From the NCBI GenBank assembly GCA_037443035.1, contig JBBIPC010000001.1, positions 32,001-96,000 of the forward strand: a DNA stretch of 64,000 bases. Reading direction: 5' to 3'. The stretch is from Chthonomonadales bacterium (GTDB taxonomy: Bacteria; Armatimonadota; Chthonomonadetes; Chthonomonadales; CAJBBX01). Position 1 is the first letter of the stretch, and the number at the start of each line of letters is the position of its first letter. The notes below the pieces were generated by a model. It saw only the letters and a program-made list of their open reading frames with translations. It searched no databases and was not told where the DNA came from. The position numbers and the translations under genes were made by a program. Positions 60,002 through 64,000 of this stretch are shown here, one piece after another.

Positions 60002-60271
60002 TCACCGTGGCCGAGGCGGCATCGGTATACCGCCAGGGCCCAGTTGAGGCCCCTGGTTCTGGGGCGTGACTGGAGCGGACTGTCCCTGCTGCTTGCCAGC
60101 CTTGGACATAATCTCACCCAGCGTCTGTCCGACGGATGGAGGCAGCGGCGGGGGTTCGTTCCCGTTACCTGCGCTGCGAGGGCTGCTTTTCATGTAATAG
60201 ACGCCGCCGATCACCGCCAAGACGATGATGATGAGTACGATGGCAACAACTGGCGAGACTTCTTGCTTCAT
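60002..60271 (-). CDS. small single-pass membrane protein with Pro/Gly/Gln-rich tail
   Basis: AGGAG RBS; MKQEVSP followed by ~20 hydrophobic residues; 89 aa. Confidence 0.75.
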   Translation of the reverse strand: MKQEVSPVVAIVLIIIVLAVIGGVYYMKSSPRSAGNGNEPPPLPPSVGQTLGEIMSKAGKQQGQSAPVTPQNQGPQLGPGGIPMPPRPR

Positions 60272-60347
60272 GAGCGTTCTCCTACAAGGATGCTGAAGCA
60301 CCCTTCGTTTCCTTGGTGGCTGCTCTCACCTCCCTTGGTCGACACGG

Positions 60348-61511
60348 TCATCGTTCGTAGACCGGGCCGACCGTCTGATGGTGCTCCGGACTTGCCGACC
60401 TAACGGTAGTATCGGAGCCTTGTCTAGTCTCCAACGTCTTCCTCATGGCTAGAGGAACATCGAGCAGATAGATACGTCCTGTTGATGCTGCTCCCTCGAC
60501 GAGGTCAATCAGCCTCTCGCAGGCTCGTTCGCCCAGTCTGGCGAAGTCGGGCTTGGTGGTCGGCAGTTGGTGGGCGTAACGCCGTCCTTCGTGCAGATCG
60601 TCGAAGCCTACGACGAGGACCTCGTCAGGCACTCGCAGTCCTCTCTCTTCAAGGTGGTCGGCAAGCTCCGCCGCGGCTCGATCCTCTGTGGCGAGGATGG
60701 CCGTCGGTTTGTCTGAAGCTCTCGCGGCCCGATCTGCGATGTCAGCGAGGGCGTTGAGCACGCTGCCGTCGTAGTGGATCACCCTGCAAGCGATCTCATC
60801 CAGACCGTGGTCTGCCGCGGCTCTCCGGAAACCGCGAGTCCTGGCCCGGAGTGGCGAGTGGATGATCCCAGCATCACCTACGGCGAACCAGATTCGCCTG
60901 TGCCTGTGGCCAATGAGCCACGTCGTTATTTCATAGCACAGGCGCTCATTGTCGAATAGGAACTGCGTGTGCGGATGCGTCTCGACGGCCGTATCTACCA
61001 GGACGACGGGAACTCCCAGATCTGGGGACTCCAGATAGTCTGGGTTCGCAAGCTCCGTGGGTCTCGGCACCGGGTAGATCACCAGTCCGGATACTCCCGA
61101 CGCTATGAGATCCCTGACGGCTTCCTGTTCCTGCTCGACGCGATTGTTGGCGTTGGCCATTACGACGCGATAGCCCCGTCGTGCGGCCTCTCGTTCGATG
61201 CCAACAAGAGTACGCTGGGTCAGGATTTCCGTGGCAATGGACGCTACATAGCCGATCCGTTTGGGCGCGGGTGCCGAGCTGCTAGCTCCACTGGCTGCTA
61301 TGATGTACCGGCCACTTCCCTGGGTGCTGACGAGCTCGCCGTCTGCTGCCAGTGCTGCGATCGCTTTGGCTATGGTGGGGCGACTGACGCCGTAGCGTGC
61401 CTGGAGCTCGCGTTCAGGGGGGAGGCGCCGGACAGTCCCGGGCTCCGCGCCCTGGAGGTACTCCGTTCGGATCTGATCCCTGATATGGACGTACAATGGC
61501 TTGGACGCCAA
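60348..61511 (-). CDS. GntR-family regulator with LacI-type effector domain (AraR-like)
   Basis: LPPERELQARYGVSRPT...QGSG wHTH; DN, VVGFDD, TT periplasmic-binding-fold motifs; TTG start after GAGGGAG. Confidence 0.92.
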   Translation of the reverse strand: MASKPLYVHIRDQIRTEYLQGAEPGTVRRLPPERELQARYGVSRPTIAKAIAALAADGELVSTQGSGRYIIAASGASSSAPAPKRIGYVASIATEILTQRTLVGIEREAARRGYRVVMANANNRVEQEQEAVRDLIASGVSGLVIYPVPRPTELANPDYLESPDLGVPVVLVDTAVETHPHTQFLFDNERLCYEITTWLIGHRHRRIWFAVGDAGIIHSPLRARTRGFRRAAADHGLDEIACRVIHYDGSVLNALADIADRAARASDKPTAILATEDRAAAELADHLEERGLRVPDEVLVVGFDDLHEGRRYAHQLPTTKPDFARLGERACERLIDLVEGAASTGRIYLLDVPLAMRKTLETRQGSDTTVRSASPEHHQTVGPVYER

Positions 61512-61588
61512 CGCGCCATACTCCCTCGAGCATCACGACGCGGCCCTGCGGTCAGGCTCAGACACGGACAGCAAACAGAACCGTAACC

Positions 61589-61617
61589 ATTATAGGGGAT
61601 TGGTCATGCAATGTCAA
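61589..61617 (-). promoter_or_regulatory. perfect-consensus sigma70 promoter for the GntR-small protein-prepilin unit
   Basis: TTGACA-TTGCATGACCAATCCCC-TATAAT (N17). Confidence 0.88.
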
Positions 61618-61620
61618 GGG

Positions 61621-61779
61621 CTGTCTTACAAATCCGTGGGGTTCATGACGAGGCGGCCTCTGATCGTGAACGAACCGACGTCAGCTAGGAAGCGAGGATG
61701 CCGCGTGCACCATTCGCCCAACAGCGCATATCGGTATCCGCGGTCTGCGAGCAACCACGGACTCTGTTGGGTAGGACAG
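61621..61779. ncRNA. candidate structured non-coding RNA (long irregular hairpin, 6S-like architecture possible)
   Basis: nested complementary segments CTGTCTTAC/GTAGGACAG, TCCGTGG/CCACGGA, GTTC/GAGC, GAC/GTC, GCGG/CCGC, CCGA/TCGG; folded by eye only. Confidence 0.3.
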
Positions 61780-61811
61780 AGAAGAGAGCCCAGACCGACG
61801 TGTCTGAGCTC
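61778..61811 (-). terminator. intrinsic terminator after the TPR protein gene
   Basis: GAGCTCAGAC-acgtcg-GTCTGGGCTC followed by TCTTCTCT on minus strand. Confidence 0.6.
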
Positions 61812-61829
61812 TTCTACCTGAACTGAGGC

Positions 61830-63317
61830 TTACTGAGCCGGTGGTGGCGGGGAGGCCTGCTTCTGCAGTCTCGCGTATTCCGCAGCAGGGAAGACGTCTG
61901 CTTCCGTGATCGGCGCACGCCTGAAGACCTGGGCGCGCGTAATGCGGTACACCTTGCGCAGGATTCGGTTCGGCGGATTCTTGTCGCTCTCGACGTAGAG
62001 GTACTTCCGATCGGTCATCCCCTCTCCCGACCATCCGAATCGGTCTTGGATGAAAGGCGATGTACCGCGTGGATCGAACTCGAAAACCAGGAAGTACCGC
62101 TCCGACTTGAAGCTGTACATCTTGGGGTCCTTGCTCATGTCTATCTTGCGACCCCACGTACCTTGCCGCACGGAGTGCTGGTCCTGCATGAGCGTCACGC
62201 TCTGGTCAATGTCGAAGGTGAACGCTTTCAGTTGAGGCGGCCGCCAGTTCTCGTCGTGCAGTCGAATGGTTACCCGAGCTCCATCACCAACATTGAACTG
62301 ACCCTTGAGGTCGAGGACCTTATCCTCCACGAACGTCGGACGGACATCGAAGGCCGTTTCCCATTTCGGTACCACCGCTGGGGGCCGAGGCGATCCAACC
62401 GACATGGGAGGAACAGGCTCGCCAACATTGGTGAACTGCTCACGCTTCTGCCGGATGTCGTCTTCACTCAGGAAGAGATAGGCGTCAGCGGGCGTGGGCT
62501 GACCGGTGTACGGGTCAATGCTCTTCGTCCGCTTACCGTCAATGGACCAATCGACCTCGTGCGTGTAGCGGCTGAACTTCCGCTTGAGGGTCAGTTCCAG
62601 GTTGTGTCGCTCGCTATCCCGAACGTTGCGCTTGCTGAAGTCCTTCGGATCCTGGCGGACGAGCTCGTTGCTCATGGCGAGTGCCTTGCGCCAGACCTCG
62701 ATGCTCTCATCTATGCGGCCAAGACGGACGAGAGAGTGTGCGAGCTGATGCCATACGAACATAGGAACCGGCTTAGTGAGCTCCCCTCGTTCATCGGCAC
62801 CCTTCCGTTCATACGCGCAGATCCTGTACCAGTGATATGCACGCTGGTAATCCTTGATCTTGTCGGTGTTCTCCCATCCCAGTTCGAAAGCAATATCGTA
62901 GACGCCCGGGTTGTTGGCATCTCCTTCTTCGAGGAGTTTCTGAGCGGCAGGGATATAGCGGCGGTCCGAACGTTCGCTGGAGTCGGTGAAGTTGTAGGCC
63001 AGGTGCCATGCGCCGGTGATGTAGACATCCAGATTGTGCGGGTCGAGCCAGGTCACCATGCGTACCATGGGGAGGATCGCGTCGTAGTCGCCTTCGTGGA
63101 AAAACTCGTCGGCACGAACCCAGAGGAGACCGGCGACGGCTTGCTGCATACCGAGTAACGGACCAAGTATGAACTCTGTGGTCAGTCCGGCGAACGGGGT
63201 ACGAGACCCTTTGTGCAGCTCTGCGACGAACGGATCTATCCTAGCTTGCAGGAGCACAACGGCTACGAACAGCGGCACGAGAGCTAGTAGCAGCTTGCGA
63301 CGTGTTGCAGGGTGCAT
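61830..63317 (-). CDS. membrane-anchored TPR-like protein (PilG-like N-terminal region)
   Basis: N-terminal TM helix; LG....A.LLW.RA..F and VT.LDP...DVY...AW.LAYN; helical repeats. Confidence 0.65.
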   Translation of the reverse strand: MHPATRRKLLLALVPLFVAVVLLQARIDPFVAELHKGSRTPFAGLTTEFILGPLLGMQQAVAGLLWVRADEFFHEGDYDAILPMVRMVTWLDPHNLDVYITGAWHLAYNFTDSSERSDRRYIPAAQKLLEEGDANNPGVYDIAFELGWENTDKIKDYQRAYHWYRICAYERKGADERGELTKPVPMFVWHQLAHSLVRLGRIDESIEVWRKALAMSNELVRQDPKDFSKRNVRDSERHNLELTLKRKFSRYTHEVDWSIDGKRTKSIDPYTGQPTPADAYLFLSEDDIRQKREQFTNVGEPVPPMSVGSPRPPAVVPKWETAFDVRPTFVEDKVLDLKGQFNVGDGARVTIRLHDENWRPPQLKAFTFDIDQSVTLMQDQHSVRQGTWGRKIDMSKDPKMYSFKSERYFLVFEFDPRGTSPFIQDRFGWSGEGMTDRKYLYVESDKNPPNRILRKVYRITRAQVFRRAPITEADVFPAAEYARLQKQASPPPPAQ

Positions 63318-63329
63318 ACGCTGCCTCCG

Positions 63330-64000
63330 CTAGACCTCTCGTCGGTCGAACACGATGATGGCGAGGATCAGCAGAACAGCGGCGTAGATGATGGCGTAGG
63401 CGATGTTCTGCATGATGAACACATTCATGTTCTTGATGACGACCTGAGGATGGATGAGCTTGTTCTGAATATTGAAGTTGCCGAAGTTAGGAATCGCGTA
63501 GTGCACGAGTGTTGCCACCAACCTGGTAGCGACGTTCTTGTTCTGCAGCAGGGATTCGGTGACGGAAGAGAGGTTGCCAACGATGAACAGCCCGAAGCTG
63601 AGAAAGAAGTTGACGACCGGCGTTGCGAACGTGCTGAAGAAGATCGCAAGCGCGCCGAGGAGGGTCATCTGGAAGAAGGTCATCATGACGCCTTGCGCCA
63701 TCTCGGGGGCGAATCGGCCCTCCTGATAGCGCAGCACACCGAGGAAGACGATGCCCATGGAGGCGACCATCACGAAGACGGTGAACAGCCCTCCCAGGAA
63801 CTTTCCCAGGACGAATTCGTAACGCTGCACGGGCTTCGACAACACCGTGTAGATCGTGCGCCGCTCGATCTCTGTTGGGATAACCTGAATGCCTGTCAAC
63901 ACCGTAATGAGTAGACCTGCGAGCAGGATCACGGCCAGCCCGAGGCTGCGCAATACTGCGGAGCTCTCTCGGGGGCTCAGAAAACCCACGGATGGGCCGA
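63330..64000 (-). CDS. ABC-2 type transporter permease (PilI-like), 5'-truncated by window edge
   Basis: EIERRTIYTVLSKPV.R.EF.LGKFLG; multiple TM helices; terminal F.RRE. Confidence 0.85.
   Translation of the reverse strand, partial: GPSVGFLSPRESSAVLRSLGLAVILLAGLLITVLTGIQVIPTEIERRTIYTVLSKPVQRYEFVLGKFLGGLFTVFVMVASMGIVFLGVLRYQEGRFAPEMAQGVMMTFFQMTLLGALAIFFSTFATPVVNFFLSFGLFIVGNLSSVTESLLQNKNVATRLVATLVHYAIPNFGNFNIQNKLIHPQVVIKNMNVFIMQNIAYAIIYAAVLLILAIIVFDRREV

Noticed and set aside
60282..60335. Strong SD-like GGAGGTGA and a 15-codon GTG mini-ORF after gntR
   Set aside because: The only start codon lies inside the SD-like sequence itself; no properly spaced start
61556..61809. 11-bp inverted repeat GCTCAGACACG/CGTGTCTGAGC as transposon ends
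   Set aside because: One copy is explained as the terminator arm; no target-site duplication or transposase seen

Overview
This is a GC-rich bacterial chromosomal window with about 55 protein genes and 3 tRNAs (Val-TAC, Thr-TGT, Ala-CGC). I saw no CRISPR array, rRNA, integrase or transposase. Gene content suggests Armatimonadota or a similar lineage (inference from the prepilin/H-X9-DG protein, SigH and a Firmicutes-like aroQ-pepP cluster). The left ~43 kb is mostly housekeeping and central metabolism: pyrE, ftsY, mnmE, pcrA, lat, xseAB, ggt, sigH, hemW, class I fumarase, ftsH, tilS, citrate synthase, glgP, a partner-switching pair, aroQ, queF/queD, pntAB, lon and hsp20. The right ~20 kb holds a putative sugar/amino-acid catabolic block and a divergent membrane pyrophosphatase. 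It ends in the most intriguing locus: a PilI-like ABC permease, a PilG-like TPR protein, a ~160-nt self-complementary non-coding element, a consensus promoter, an AraR-type GntR regulator, a small membrane protein and a Cys-rich type IV prepilin-like H-X9-DG protein. All calls come from reading motifs by eye; no database searches or folding programs were run.
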